Shown in pieces: positions 41,423-52,919 of a stretch of 64,000 nt of DNA. The notes below the pieces were generated by a model. That model did not search any database, was not told the origin of the DNA, and was given only the letters and a program-made list of their open reading frames with translations. The stretch is from a bacterium (GTDB taxonomy: Bacteria; UBA8248). The stretch covers positions 1,120,001 through 1,184,000 of the forward strand of contig CBDCRP010000002.1 of the NCBI GenBank assembly GCA_965221165.1, given 5' to 3'. Position 1 is the stretch's first letter, and each line of letters opens with the position of its first letter. The position numbers were made by a program, and so were the translations under genes.

Positions 41423-41451
41423 GGTGGATTTTCCGTAGGAGCAACCAGGTT

Positions 41452-42210
41452 TTGACGAACGGGCAGCAACCAGGGCTGGAACTGGAAAGCGTCACCAAGC
41501 ATTTCGGCGGCCTACACGCCGTCGAGGACGTGAACCTGCGCCTGAACCTCGGTGAGCGGCGGGGAATCCTGGGGCCGAACGGAGCGGGAAAGACCACGCT
41601 CTTTCACCTCATAACGGGCGTGCTTCCGCTCACCTCGGGCCGCATCCGCCTTTTCGGGCAGGATGTATCGGGGTGGGCCACCCACAAGCGCGTGGCCTTG
41701 GGGATGGCGCGCACCTTTCAGATCACCAGCCTGTTTCCCAAGCTCACCGTGCTCGAGAACGTTCTGCTCGCCGTGCAGGGCTTGCGGAAGATGAAGATGG
41801 TGATGCTCAAACCTCTTTCCAAGTACAAGGACGTGTATGAAAAAGCAGAAAAGCTGCTCAGCGACGTGAACTTCTGGCATTTGAAGGATCAGGAAGTCCG
41901 CAATCTCTCCCACGGGGAGCAGCGCCAACTCGAGATCGTCCTCGCCCTGGCGAGCGACCCGAAGGTTTTGCTTCTCGACGAACCCTCCGCCGGCCTAGCC
42001 ACGGGAGAATCCCACGAGATGGCCGATTTCCTGAAATCACTCGACCCCGGTATAGCCATTCTCCTCATCGAGCACGACCTGGACGTCATATTCGAAGTGG
42101 TCTCTCACATCTGCGTTCTGCACTACGGCGAAGTTCTCGCCGAGGGACCCAGCGACGACATCCGCAACGACCCCAAAGTGCAGGAAATCTACCTCGGAAA
42201 GGCAGAGTGA
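41452..42210 (+). CDS. ABC ATP-binding protein (LivG-like)
   Basis: GPNGAGKTT, ARTFQ, LSHGEQR, LLDEPSAG. Confidence 0.92.
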   Translation: MTNGQQPGLELESVTKHFGGLHAVEDVNLRLNLGERRGILGPNGAGKTTLFHLITGVLPLTSGRIRLFGQDVSGWATHKRVALGMARTFQITSLFPKLTVLENVLLAVQGLRKMKMVMLKPLSKYKDVYEKAEKLLSDVNFWHLKDQEVRNLSHGEQRQLEIVLALASDPKVLLLDEPSAGLATGESHEMADFLKSLDPGIAILLIEHDLDVIFEVVSHICVLHYGEVLAEGPSDDIRNDPKVQEIYLGKAE

Positions 42211-42211
42211 C

Positions 42212-42922
<711 letters not shown>

Positions 42923-43157
42923 AAAATCCCCTCGCGCAATAGCATATATTCATAGTATTTTATGTGGTGGTGATGGAAAGTTACCCACTAAACGAAGAGG
43001 TGGCTCCAAGAGGACATTCTCTGAGCTTCATTCAAGGAAATGAGTCCGGACTCCGGCGCTCCTCTCCGCATCACCCGAAGAAAACCAGGCCGCGGCGACA
43101 GCGCCGCGCGCCCGAATTGGTGAGCCTGCCGCCGTACTCAACCGTGATGCCAAGGCG

Positions 43158-45449
43158 ATGACTCCCGTGCAATTGGACCGCTATATCAACGCCATTCTTC
43201 GCCATCGGTGGCCGGCAGTCGCGCTCGCCACGCTGCTCTTGCTGATCACGGGAGCGGGCGTGCGCTTCATCACCTTCACGAACGACTACCGCATCATGTT
43301 CGGCGAAGATAACCCACAGCTCGCCGCTTTCAACGCGCTGGAGAACACCTTCTCCACATCCAACATGGCGCTCATCGCCGTCGCGCCCCGAGGGGGCTCG
43401 GTGTTCACCAAGAAGGCGCTCGTCGCGCTCGAGGAGTTGACAAATTCCGCGTGGAAGACGCCGCACTCGATCCGGGTCGACTCCCTCACGAACTATACCC
43501 ACAGCCGGGCGGAGGGGGATGACTTGATCGTCGAGCCGCTCGTCGATGACGCAAGCGCGCTCCGTGACGCCGACGTCGCGAGAATCCGGAAAATCGCGCT
43601 CAGCGCCACAGAAATCGCCGGGCGCCTCGTCTCCCGCGACGGGCGCGTGGGCGGGCTGGCGATCACTTTCGTCCTGCCCGACAACATGGACGCCGCAGTG
43701 ATCGAGATAACCGATTATCTGAACGGCCTTTTGAAGAAGGCTCGCGTGAAACACCCGGACATCGCCTACTACCTGAGCGGCGACGTGATCCTGAATCGCG
43801 CCTTCGCCGAGGCAACCTACGATGATTTCGTCACCCTGGGGCCAATCGTGTTTCTCATGATCATCGTCACCACCACCCTTCTCCTTCGCTCGCTTCTCGG
43901 CACGGTATCCATCATCGCCGTGATCGGGTTCGTCGTCATAAATACGCTGGGGTTCGCGGGCTGGCTCGGCACGGTGTTCAGCCCCGCCAACGCCGGCGTG
44001 CCGACCATCATCATGGCGACATGCGTCGCCCATTCGGTCCACATCATCACGACCACTCTGCTGGGCATGGGCCATGGGCGGAGCAAGAATGCGGCGATTG
44101 CCGAATCGCTTCGCAGCAACGCCTGGCCGGTGTTTCTGACCTCGCTCACGACCGCTATCGGATTCTTGAGTCTGAACTACTCGGATTCGCCTCCCTTTCG
44201 CATTCTGGGCAATCTCGTGGCGCTCGGCGTGCTGTGCGCCTTCGTCTACTCGATGACCCTGCTGCCGGCGCTGCTTTCGATTCTGCCGTTGCGCGTGCGC
44301 CGAATTCCCTCCGATAAATCCCTCTTCTTCGATCGCTTCGGCGCTTTTGTGGTCAAACGCCGCGCGTTTCTCCTCTGGTTCGTCGCCATCCTGACGGCTG
44401 TTCTCATCACCGGCATTCCCCGCAACGAGTTGACGCACAGATGGGCGAACTATTTCGACGAGCGCTACCAGTTCCGGCGCGATGCGGATTTCATCTTTGA
44501 AAACCTGACCAGCCTGAATTTCCTGGAATACGCGCTGAAAGCGGGGCGCGAAGGCGGCATCACCGACCCCGAATACCTGAAAAAAGTCGAGACCTTCGCC
44601 GGATGGTTCCGGGAACAACCCGAAGTGAGCCACGTCCGGGCTTTTTCGGACATCATGAAGCGTCTGAACAAGAACATGCACGGCGATAACCCGGCTTTCT
44701 ACAAAGTGCCTGAGAATCCCGAGCTCGCCGCGCAATATCTGCTGCTTTACGAATTCTCGCTTCCATTCGGAAGCGACTTGAACAACCGCATCGACGTCGC
44801 CAAATCCACGACGAGGATGAGCGTCGTGGTCCGCAGCCGCTCCTCCCGGGACCAACGCGAACTCGACGAGCGCGCCCAAGCCTGGCTCCGCGCCAACATA
44901 CCTGAATTCGCGGCCGAAGCGTCGGGCATCACCATGATCTTCGCCCACCTCACCCTGCGAAACATCCACGGCATGCTGCGCGGCACGATCATGGCCATGC
45001 TGCTGATCTCTTTCCTTCTGATCTGGGTTTTCAAAAGCGTTCGCCTCGGCCTCATCAGCCTCGTGCCGAACTTCATTCCCGCCGCCATGACCTTCGGACT
45101 GTGGGGCTATCTGGTCGGCCAGGTGGGTCTCGCCGGCTCGGTGATGACCGCCATCGCGTTCGGAATCATCGTGGACGATACGATTCACTTTATGAGCAGA
45201 TATCTGAAAGCCCGCCGTTTGGGTCTCCCGGCACCCGATGCCGTGCGCGCCGCCTTTCGAATCGTAGGCCAGGCGCTATGGACGACGACTGCGGTCTTGT
45301 CGCTGAGCTTCCTGGTGTTCGCCTCATCGGGATTCGAGGTCAGTTGGGCGCTCGGCCTGATGGTGTCGATCACGATTATCTTCGCGCTCTTGACTGATTT
45401 TCTGCTTCTGCCGACTCTACTGATGGCCATCGATCGGAAGGACCAATGA
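43158..45449 (+). CDS. MMPL/RND-superfamily transporter, copy 1
   Basis: 763 aa, two halves. LTSLTTAIGFLSL and GIIVDDTIHF RND transmembrane motifs. Confidence 0.92.
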   Translation: MTPVQLDRYINAILRHRWPAVALATLLLLITGAGVRFITFTNDYRIMFGEDNPQLAAFNALENTFSTSNMALIAVAPRGGSVFTKKALVALEELTNSAWKTPHSIRVDSLTNYTHSRAEGDDLIVEPLVDDASALRDADVARIRKIALSATEIAGRLVSRDGRVGGLAITFVLPDNMDAAVIEITDYLNGLLKKARVKHPDIAYYLSGDVILNRAFAEATYDDFVTLGPIVFLMIIVTTTLLLRSLLGTVSIIAVIGFVVINTLGFAGWLGTVFSPANAGVPTIIMATCVAHSVHIITTTLLGMGHGRSKNAAIAESLRSNAWPVFLTSLTTAIGFLSLNYSDSPPFRILGNLVALGVLCAFVYSMTLLPALLSILPLRVRRIPSDKSLFFDRFGAFVVKRRAFLLWFVAILTAVLITGIPRNELTHRWANYFDERYQFRRDADFIFENLTSLNFLEYALKAGREGGITDPEYLKKVETFAGWFREQPEVSHVRAFSDIMKRLNKNMHGDNPAFYKVPENPELAAQYLLLYEFSLPFGSDLNNRIDVAKSTTRMSVVVRSRSSRDQRELDERAQAWLRANIPEFAAEASGITMIFAHLTLRNIHGMLRGTIMAMLLISFLLIWVFKSVRLGLISLVPNFIPAAMTFGLWGYLVGQVGLAGSVMTAIAFGIIVDDTIHFMSRYLKARRLGLPAPDAVRAAFRIVGQALWTTTAVLSLSFLVFASSGFEVSWALGLMVSITIIFALLTDFLLLPTLLMAIDRKDQ

Positions 45450-45659
45450 CGCATGCTCATCTAGCCGGAGCAAAGGGAAGATCACGCGTGAATCCTCGCC
45501 GGAGGAACGGAGGGCGAACGAGGAAAGCAGAAAAATCCATCCGGGGATCGGCTGAAATGCATATTGCACTGATGAACGAATTTGATAAGATGTCAAGGAA
45601 ATGGGAAGAAGTCGTAAGGAGCCGTGAAACAAATATTTGCAGGTACGCATTTAAGAGGG

Positions 45660-45923
45660 TATCTTAACGGCTTTTCGAAAGAATGCCCGGAAAGAAGGGC
45701 TTTCGTCGCCCGAGACCGTGCGTTCGGTCTTTCGCACCATAGGTCATGCGTTATGTATGACAACCGCTGTTTTTGCCCTGGGTTTCATGGCTTTCGCCGC
45801 ATGGGATTGACAAATAACAGGGCGCTCGGCCTCCTGTTCGGGATAACGATTGTTATCGCGCTCCTGGCCGATTTTCTGCTTCTGCCGACCCTGCTGATGG
45901 CCATCGACCGGAGGGAACCATGA
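45660..45923 (+). pseudogene. 3' remnant of a third MMPL paralog
   Basis: Frameshifted ETVRSVFRTIGHAL...ALGLLFGITIVIALLADFLLLPTLLMAIDRREP, overlapping the next ATG. Confidence 0.75.
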
Positions 45924-46738
45924 TGCGCGCTCGTCTCGCCCGCTCGATTCTCCCGCTTCTCGCGCTTTGCGCGCTTATTCTGGTCCACCTGCCCGCCCCG
46001 CCGAGCGCCGAGGGCGCGACGCCCGAGGAAAAAGGGCTCCGGATCGCGCGCGAGACCCGCGAGAAAGCGAAAGGCTTCGGGAATTTCACGGCCGAGCAGA
46101 GCATGGCGCTGCGCAACAAGCACGGGCAGGAGAGCCGGCGCCGGCTCCGCGTGAAGGTGCTCGAGACGGACGGAGGAGGCAACAAGAGCCTGTTCGTCTT
46201 CGACCGCCCGCGCGACGTCAAGGGCACCGCGCTCCTCGTCCACACCCACAAGAAGAAGAACGACGACCAATGGCTCTTCCTGCCCGCTCTCAAACGGGTC
46301 AAGCGCATCAGTTCGTCGAACCAGTCCGGCTCCTTCATGGGAAGCGAATTCGCCTATGAGGACATGGGCACCCGGGAGGTGGAGAAATACACCTACCGCT
46401 ACCTGCGAGAGGAGCCTTGCGGCAAGCTGACGTGTACGGTCGTCGAACGCTTCCCGGTGAGCAAGAGGTCGGGCTACCGGCGCCAGATCGTCTGGCAGGA
46501 CAAGGGCGAGCTTCGCGCCTGGAAGGTGTGGTACTACGACCGTAAGAACGCTCACCTGAAGACGCTCACGCTGGGGAAATACAAGCAGTATCTGGGCAAG
46601 TACTGGCAGGCCGGCGAAATGAAGATGGTGAACCACCTGACGGGCAAGAGCACCGTGCTGCGCTGGAAGGACTACAAGTTCCGCACCAGACTCAAAGACC
46701 GCGACTTCACACGGACCGGGCTGAAACGGGTGCGCTGA
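45920..46738 (+). CDS. LolA-like outer membrane lipoprotein-sorting family protein, copy 1
   Basis: Signal peptide; P.DVKGTALL, DDQWLFLPALKRVKRI, SFMGSEFAYED. Confidence 0.88.
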   Translation: MMRARLARSILPLLALCALILVHLPAPPSAEGATPEEKGLRIARETREKAKGFGNFTAEQSMALRNKHGQESRRRLRVKVLETDGGGNKSLFVFDRPRDVKGTALLVHTHKKKNDDQWLFLPALKRVKRISSSNQSGSFMGSEFAYEDMGTREVEKYTYRYLREEPCGKLTCTVVERFPVSKRSGYRRQIVWQDKGELRAWKVWYYDRKNAHLKTLTLGKYKQYLGKYWQAGEMKMVNHLTGKSTVLRWKDYKFRTRLKDRDFTRTGLKRVR

Positions 46739-47994
46739 TGCCGCTGCGCGCCGCCCTTCACCGCACGGTGCTCTTCGCCGTCTTGATATCGGCCGTGCTC
46801 CTTCTCACCGGGGCGAGCCACGGGGCCGAAAGCATCGAGCACGAAATTTCCGGCAGCCTGGACCTCGAGAGCCGGTGGTATCCCCAAAAAGGCGCTCATG
46901 CCGAACAGCGCGCACACGCGAGCGGTTTCGTCGCGGAGCCGAAACTCCATCTCAAAGGCGAGGGCGACTGGAGTCTCACGATCGCGCCGTTTTTTCGCTA
47001 CGACGGGGCGGACTCGCGCCGCACCCACGCCGATTTGCGCGAAGCCTACTTTCTGGCGTTCGGTGAAATCGGCGACGGGGAATGGGAGCTCCGCCTGGGC
47101 GTGGACCGCGTGTTCTGGGGAGTCACCGAATCGCAACACTTGGTCGACATCATCAACCAGACCGACTTAGTCGAGCATCCGAACAAAGAAAGCAAACTGG
47201 GCCAACCCATGGCCCACCTCACCTGGTCGGCGGAGTGGGGCATCCTGGAATTCTTCACCCTGACCTATCACCGCGCGCGCATCTTCCCGGGCCGCCATGG
47301 CCGTCTGCGCTCCTCGATTCTCATAGACGACGAGCACGTTTCATACGAAAGCGCCGCCGGGGAATGGCGCATGGACCTCGCCGCCCGCTACAGCCACAGC
47401 TTCGGACCTTTCGACATTGGCCTGAGCGTATTCGACGGCACCAGCCGGGAGCCTTTTTTCATGCCGCACATGGACTCTCGCGGCGCGGTGACCTTAAGCC
47501 AGCACTACGAGCAGATCCGCCAGTTCAGCGTGGACGCACAGCTTACCGTGGAGTCCTGGTTGTTCAAACTCGAGGCCCTTCAGCGCGAAGGCGCCCGAAA
47601 TCTCCTGGGCGTGAAAGAGGACTACACCGCTTTCGTCATGGGCGGCGAATACACCTTCAACTCCATCTGGGGCTCGGCCGCCGACCTCGGCCTGCTCGCC
47701 GAATGGAATTACGACGAGCGGGGACTGCGTTCGACCAATGAATTCCAGAACGACCTCTTTTTCGCCGTTCGCCTGGCGCTGAACGACACCCAGAGCACGG
47801 AAATCATCGCCGGCGTTCTCGCGGACGCGGATCATACCACGCGCACCCTGAACATCGAATTGAGACGCCGCCTCTCGGACCGGTGGTCTCTGAAGCTCGA
47901 GGCGCTCGCTCTCATGGACGTCGACGAAGAGGACACCGTCTATGAGACTCGGCGAGACAGCTTCTTGGCGCTGAACGTGACGTACAATTTCTAG
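46738..47994 (+). CDS. Probable outer-membrane beta-barrel protein
   Basis: Signal peptide, amphipathic strand pattern (DLREAY, VFWGVTES..LVDIINQ), and a C-terminal beta-signal VTYNF. Confidence 0.75.
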   Translation: MPLRAALHRTVLFAVLISAVLLLTGASHGAESIEHEISGSLDLESRWYPQKGAHAEQRAHASGFVAEPKLHLKGEGDWSLTIAPFFRYDGADSRRTHADLREAYFLAFGEIGDGEWELRLGVDRVFWGVTESQHLVDIINQTDLVEHPNKESKLGQPMAHLTWSAEWGILEFFTLTYHRARIFPGRHGRLRSSILIDDEHVSYESAAGEWRMDLAARYSHSFGPFDIGLSVFDGTSREPFFMPHMDSRGAVTLSQHYEQIRQFSVDAQLTVESWLFKLEALQREGARNLLGVKEDYTAFVMGGEYTFNSIWGSAADLGLLAEWNYDERGLRSTNEFQNDLFFAVRLALNDTQSTEIIAGVLADADHTTRTLNIELRRRLSDRWSLKLEALALMDVDEEDTVYETRRDSFLALNVTYNF

Positions 47995-48417
47995 AGCAGA
48001 TATTTCTTGCCTCTGTGCCCTATTGAGTTGCCCCGTTTCGGTGGGCGCCTTCAGACTGTGCGCAGGAGGTGTTCAGATGCCGAAAACCCATCTCGCCTGA
48101 GGAAAAGGACTGAAACTCACGAGTGAATCCTCGCCGGGGAATTGCGGGCGAACGAGGAAGCCGGAAAACCCATCCGGGAATCGGCTGAAAAATCTCACAG
48201 AAAAAAATAGATTGATGGTATATTGAACAAACTGTAAAGAAATGATAAGGAAAACTTGAACAAACGAGTGCAGGCTCTACCTTCACGAGGGCATTCTCTG
48301 AGTTATATCTACGCTGACGAGTTCACGATCTTGACTTTTTGCAAGACGGATTCATATTTCTAAAGTATTGTAGATTCGTGAACTCATGGAGCTAACCTTC
48401 GGAGAGGGTCTGATAAG

Positions 48418-49584
48418 ATGACGGAAGTCCCATCGGCATACGTTGAGGGTTACGAGAAGAAGGTTCTTCCCCACGATAAAGCCGCGGCCGACAACTATAT
48501 CAAGCACACCATGATTGGCGACCCCGTGATGGACGAGCTCATGGAGGAACTCTCCTCGTTGCCTCCCAGGAACCTGCATCGGTTCGTCGAGGCCGGCATA
48601 GAACAACAGGATGAGACTCTGGCGGTTGCGCCAAAAATCCTGCGCGATTTCTTCAACAACTTCGAAGAACCTCCCTGGCTCGACTACAAAGCCTTCCAGC
48701 CGGGGATTCGCTCCTTTAACGTAAACGTAGACCTCATGCTCACCGCATTCGTTACGGGAGTGCTGGTGGAGGGCTTCTCGACGCTTATCGCCAAGTCTTT
48801 CTCGATTACCGGGCGAGTGGCGATGACCAAAAGACGCCTCCAGCAGAACAACCGCCACATGATGGAGATATTTTTCCCGGGCGGCATGCTGAGAAACGGC
48901 GATGGATGGAAGCTGTCCATGCGGATTCGCTTCATTCATGCCCGAATAAGGCACTTGCTGAATCAATCCGAGGATTGGGACCACGGAGCCTGGGGCGCGC
49001 CGGTGAGCTCGGCGCACCTGGGTTTCGCCATCTCCGTCTTCTCCATGCGCCTGTTGGAATACTCGATGGCGGTGGGCGCGCGCTACAACGAGGAAGAACA
49101 AGAAAGCGTTCTCGCCATTTGGCGCTACGCCGGCTATCTCATGGGGATACCCGAAACCATCCTCTATACCACCAGCGCAGAGGCGCAAAAAACATACGAG
49201 ATCGGCTATATGTGCGAACCCCGGGCGGACGCCGACTCGGTAGCCGTGGCGAATACTTTGATCACGTCCATTCCGATAGTCGCGGGCGTAGCGGATCCGG
49301 ATGAGCAGAAAGAGTTGACGAATCTGGCCTACCGCCTTTCGCGGTCGTTGATTGGAAAAGACCTCGCCGAACAGTTCGAATTTCCGAAGTTCTCTTTCTT
49401 TGAAAACGCGACGACCCTGTTGAGTTTCCGGCTGAAACAACGCATCCAGCGATTTCTGAAAAACAAACAGTTCGTCAGATCACAAAATTTTTCCCAGCTG
49501 ATCCAAATCTCGGTGTACGACGAAGGCGGGCTGAGTTACAAGATGCCCGACCACGTATACACGGCAAAATCAAGCGACTGGTAA
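48418..49584 (+). CDS. MpaB/Lcp (rubber oxygenase, DUF2236)-family haem oxygenase
   Basis: GDPVMD, PPWLD, RIRFIHARIR (RxxHAxxR haem-His motif), WGAPVS, WRYAGYLMGI. Confidence 0.8.
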   Translation: MTEVPSAYVEGYEKKVLPHDKAAADNYIKHTMIGDPVMDELMEELSSLPPRNLHRFVEAGIEQQDETLAVAPKILRDFFNNFEEPPWLDYKAFQPGIRSFNVNVDLMLTAFVTGVLVEGFSTLIAKSFSITGRVAMTKRRLQQNNRHMMEIFFPGGMLRNGDGWKLSMRIRFIHARIRHLLNQSEDWDHGAWGAPVSSAHLGFAISVFSMRLLEYSMAVGARYNEEEQESVLAIWRYAGYLMGIPETILYTTSAEAQKTYEIGYMCEPRADADSVAVANTLITSIPIVAGVADPDEQKELTNLAYRLSRSLIGKDLAEQFEFPKFSFFENATTLLSFRLKQRIQRFLKNKQFVRSQNFSQLIQISVYDEGGLSYKMPDHVYTAKSSDW

Positions 49585-49702
49585 GCGATGCCCTTGTTGT
49601 GGCGCGCCCGTTTCCATCCGTCAAAGGAAAGCCTGGTCGCGTCGATGGCGCCGCGCGCTCGAATCGGTGAGCCCCTAGCCGCACCCTGCCCGTGATACCC
49701 AA

Positions 49703-52000
49703 GTGACGACTCTCGTGCCATTGGACCGCTATATAGACGCCATTCTGCGCCATCGGTGGCTGGTCGTCGCGCTCGCCACGCTGCTCATGCTGATCACGGC
49801 GGGGGGCGGGCGCTTCATCAAGACCACGAACGATTACCGCATCATGTTCGGCGAAAACAATCCGCAACTCGCCGCTTTCAACGCGCTCGAGAACACCTTC
49901 TCCACGTCCGACACGGCGCTCATCGCCATCGCGCCCCGAAAAGGATCGGTGTTCACCAAAGAGGCGCTCGGCGCCATCGAGGATCTGACCGATGCCGCGT
50001 GGAAAACGCCGCATTCCAGCCGGGTCGACTCCCTCACCAACTATTCCCACAGCCGGGCGGAGGGGGATGATCTGATCGTCGAGCCGCTCGTAGACGACGC
50101 GAGCGCGCTTACAGACGCCGACCTCGGGCGAATCGGGAAAATCGCGCTCGGCGCAAGCGAAATCGCCGGGCGCCTCGTCTCCCGCGATGGACGCGTGGGA
50201 GCTCTGGCCGTCACTTTCATCCTGCCTGACAACCTAGACGCCGCGGTGATCGAGATAAACGACTATCTGAACGCCGTTTTGAAGGTGGCGCGCGCGAAAC
50301 ATCCGGACATCGCCTATTACCTGACCGGCGACGTCGTCATGCACCGCGCCTTCTCCGACGCCACGAAAGACGATCTCGAAATCCTCACGCCGATCGTGTT
50401 CGTCATCATCGTAGCCACCACCATACTCCTCCTGCGATCCGTGCTCGGCACCTTGTCCATCATCATCGCGCTCGTGTTCATCGTCATGAACACCATGGGG
50501 GTCGCAGGCTGGCTCGGCACGGTGTTCAGCCCCGCCAATTCCGGCGTACCGATCATTATTATGGCGGTCTCCGTCGCCCATTCGGTCCATATCGTCACGG
50601 CCACGCTGATGGGCATGGGCAATGGTCTGGACAGGAACGCGGCGATCGCGGAATCGTTTCGAGAGAACGTCTGGCCCGTGTTCCTGACCTCGATCACGAC
50701 CATGATCGGATTTTTGAGCCTGAACGCCTCGGATTCGCCGCCTTTTCACGTCCTCGGCAATTTCGTGGCGTTCGGCGTGCTGTGCGCCTTCGTCTACTCC
50801 ATGACGCTTCTGCCGGCATTGCTTTCCATCCTGCCGCTGCGCGCGCCTCGCCGCCGCGCCGAGGGGTCCGGCTTTTTCGATCGCTTCGGCACTTTCGTCG
50901 TCGAGCGCCGCACGCCTCTGCTCTGGTTCGTCGCCATTCTGACGATTGTTCTCATCAGCGGCATTCCCCGCAACGAGTTGACCGACAGATGGGCGCACTA
51001 TTTCGACGAGCGCTACGAGTTCCGGCGCGATACGGATTTCGTCATCAAAAACCTGACCGGCGTGGATTCGCTGGAATACGCGCTGAAAGCGGGACGCGAA
51101 GGCGGCATCACCGACCCCGCATACCTAAAAAAAGTCGACGCCTTCGCAGAATGGTACAGGAAGCAGCCCCAAGTGAGCCACGTCCGGGCCTTCCCGGACA
51201 TCATGAAGCGCCTGAACAAGAACATGCACGGGGATAATCCGAAATTCTACCGGATACCGGACAACCCCAGACTCGCCGCGCAATACCTGTTGCTCTATGA
51301 ATTCTCGCTTCCCTTCGGCAGCGACTTGAACAACCGCATCGACGTCGCCAAATCCACGACGAGGATGAGCGTCGTGGTCCGCAGCATATCCTCCCGGGAC
51401 CACCGCGATCTCGACGCGCGCGCCCAAGCCTGGCTCCGCGCCAACATACCCGAATTCGCTACCGAAGCTTCGGGCATCAGCATGATCTTCGCCCACCTTT
51501 CCCAACGAAACATCCACAGCATGCTGCGCGGCACGATTATCGCCATGGCCCTTATTTCGTTCATTTTGATACTGGTTTTCAAAAGCGTTCGCCTGGGCCT
51601 CATCAGCCTCGTGCCCAACTTCATTCCCGCCGCCATGAGCTTCGGCCTGTGGGGTCATCTGGTCGGCCGGGTAGGTATCGCCTCCTCGGTCGTCGTCGCC
51701 ATCGCCTTCGGGATCATCGTGGACGACACGATTCATTTTCTAAGCAAATATCTGAAATGCCGCCGTGAGGAGGGTCTCTCCCCGCCTGATGCAGTACGCG
51801 CCACCTTCAACACCGTAGGTCATGCGCTGTGGACTACGACCGCGGTTTTATCGTTGGGCTTTCTGGTGTTTGCTTTCTCGGGATTCGAACTCAGTTGGTC
51901 ACTCGGCCTTCTGGTCGGGATCACGCTCGTCTTCGCGCTCCTGGCCGATTTTCTGCTTCTGCCGACCCTGCTGATGGCCATCGACCGGAGGGAACCATGA
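49703..52000 (+). CDS. MMPL/RND-superfamily transporter, copy 2
   Basis: Close paralog of 43158-45449, with the same motifs. Confidence 0.92.
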   Translation: MTTLVPLDRYIDAILRHRWLVVALATLLMLITAGGGRFIKTTNDYRIMFGENNPQLAAFNALENTFSTSDTALIAIAPRKGSVFTKEALGAIEDLTDAAWKTPHSSRVDSLTNYSHSRAEGDDLIVEPLVDDASALTDADLGRIGKIALGASEIAGRLVSRDGRVGALAVTFILPDNLDAAVIEINDYLNAVLKVARAKHPDIAYYLTGDVVMHRAFSDATKDDLEILTPIVFVIIVATTILLLRSVLGTLSIIIALVFIVMNTMGVAGWLGTVFSPANSGVPIIIMAVSVAHSVHIVTATLMGMGNGLDRNAAIAESFRENVWPVFLTSITTMIGFLSLNASDSPPFHVLGNFVAFGVLCAFVYSMTLLPALLSILPLRAPRRRAEGSGFFDRFGTFVVERRTPLLWFVAILTIVLISGIPRNELTDRWAHYFDERYEFRRDTDFVIKNLTGVDSLEYALKAGREGGITDPAYLKKVDAFAEWYRKQPQVSHVRAFPDIMKRLNKNMHGDNPKFYRIPDNPRLAAQYLLLYEFSLPFGSDLNNRIDVAKSTTRMSVVVRSISSRDHRDLDARAQAWLRANIPEFATEASGISMIFAHLSQRNIHSMLRGTIIAMALISFILILVFKSVRLGLISLVPNFIPAAMSFGLWGHLVGRVGIASSVVVAIAFGIIVDDTIHFLSKYLKCRREEGLSPPDAVRATFNTVGHALWTTTAVLSLGFLVFAFSGFELSWSLGLLVGITLVFALLADFLLLPTLLMAIDRREP

Positions 52001-52815
52001 TGCGCGCTCGTCTCGCCCGCTCGATTCTCCCGCTTCTCGCGCTTTGCGCGCTTATTCTGGTCCACCTGCCCGCCCCGCCGAGCGCCGAGGGCGCGACGCC
52101 CGAGGAAAAAGGGCTCCGGATCGCGCGCGAGACCCGCGAGAAAGCGAAAGGCTTCGGGAATTTCACGGCCGAGCAGAGCATGGCGCTGCGCAACAAGCAC
52201 GGGCAGGAGAGCCGGCGCCGGCTCCGCGTGAAGGTGCTCGAGACGGACGGAGGAGGCAACAAGAGCCTGTTCGTCTTCGACCGCCCGCGCGACGTCAAGG
52301 GCACCGCGCTCCTCGTCCACACCCACAAGAAGAAGAACGACGACCAATGGCTCTTCCTGCCCGCTCTCAAACGGGTCAAGCGCATCAGTTCGTCGAACCA
52401 GTCCGGCTCCTTCATGGGAAGCGAATTCGCCTATGAGGACATGGGCACCCGGGAGGTGGAGAAATACACCTACCGCTACCTGCGAGAGGAGCCTTGCGGC
52501 AAGCTGACGTGTACGGTCGTCGAACGCTTCCCGGTGAGCAAGAGGTCGGGCTACCGGCGCCAGATCGTCTGGCAGGACAAGGGCGAGCTTCGCGCCTGGA
52601 AGGTGTGGTACTACGACCGTAAGAACGCTCACCTGAAGACGCTCACGCTGGGGAAATACAAGCAGTATCTGGGCAAGTACTGGCAGGCCGGCGAAATGAA
52701 GATGGTGAACCACCTGACGGGCAAGAGCACCGTGCTGCGCTGGAAGGACTACAAGTTCCGCACCAGACTCAAAGACCGCGACTTCACACGGACCGGGCTG
52801 AAACGGGTGCGCTGA
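51997..52815 (+). CDS. LolA-like protein, copy 2
   Basis: Protein identical to 45920-46738. Confidence 0.88.
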   Translation: MMRARLARSILPLLALCALILVHLPAPPSAEGATPEEKGLRIARETREKAKGFGNFTAEQSMALRNKHGQESRRRLRVKVLETDGGGNKSLFVFDRPRDVKGTALLVHTHKKKNDDQWLFLPALKRVKRISSSNQSGSFMGSEFAYEDMGTREVEKYTYRYLREEPCGKLTCTVVERFPVSKRSGYRRQIVWQDKGELRAWKVWYYDRKNAHLKTLTLGKYKQYLGKYWQAGEMKMVNHLTGKSTVLRWKDYKFRTRLKDRDFTRTGLKRVR

Positions 52816-52878
52816 TGCCGCTGCGCGCCGCCCTTCACCGCACGATGCTCTTCGCCGCCTCGATATCGGCCGTGCTCC
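52815..52878 (+). pseudogene. 5' stub of a second beta-barrel gene copy
   Basis: MPLRAALHRTMLFAASISAVL, then similarity stops before the convergent Xdh-family gene. Confidence 0.75.
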
Positions 52879-52919
52879 GTGTCAATCGGTAGTGGGGAAC
52901 AAACAACAAACTCACGCAA

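Larger units (their letters stand above)
45856..52844 (+). repeat. ~912 bp direct repeat (45856-46767 and 51933-52844)
   Basis: Offset 6077 bp. Looks identical by eye, and the encoded 272 aa proteins are identical. Confidence 0.9.
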
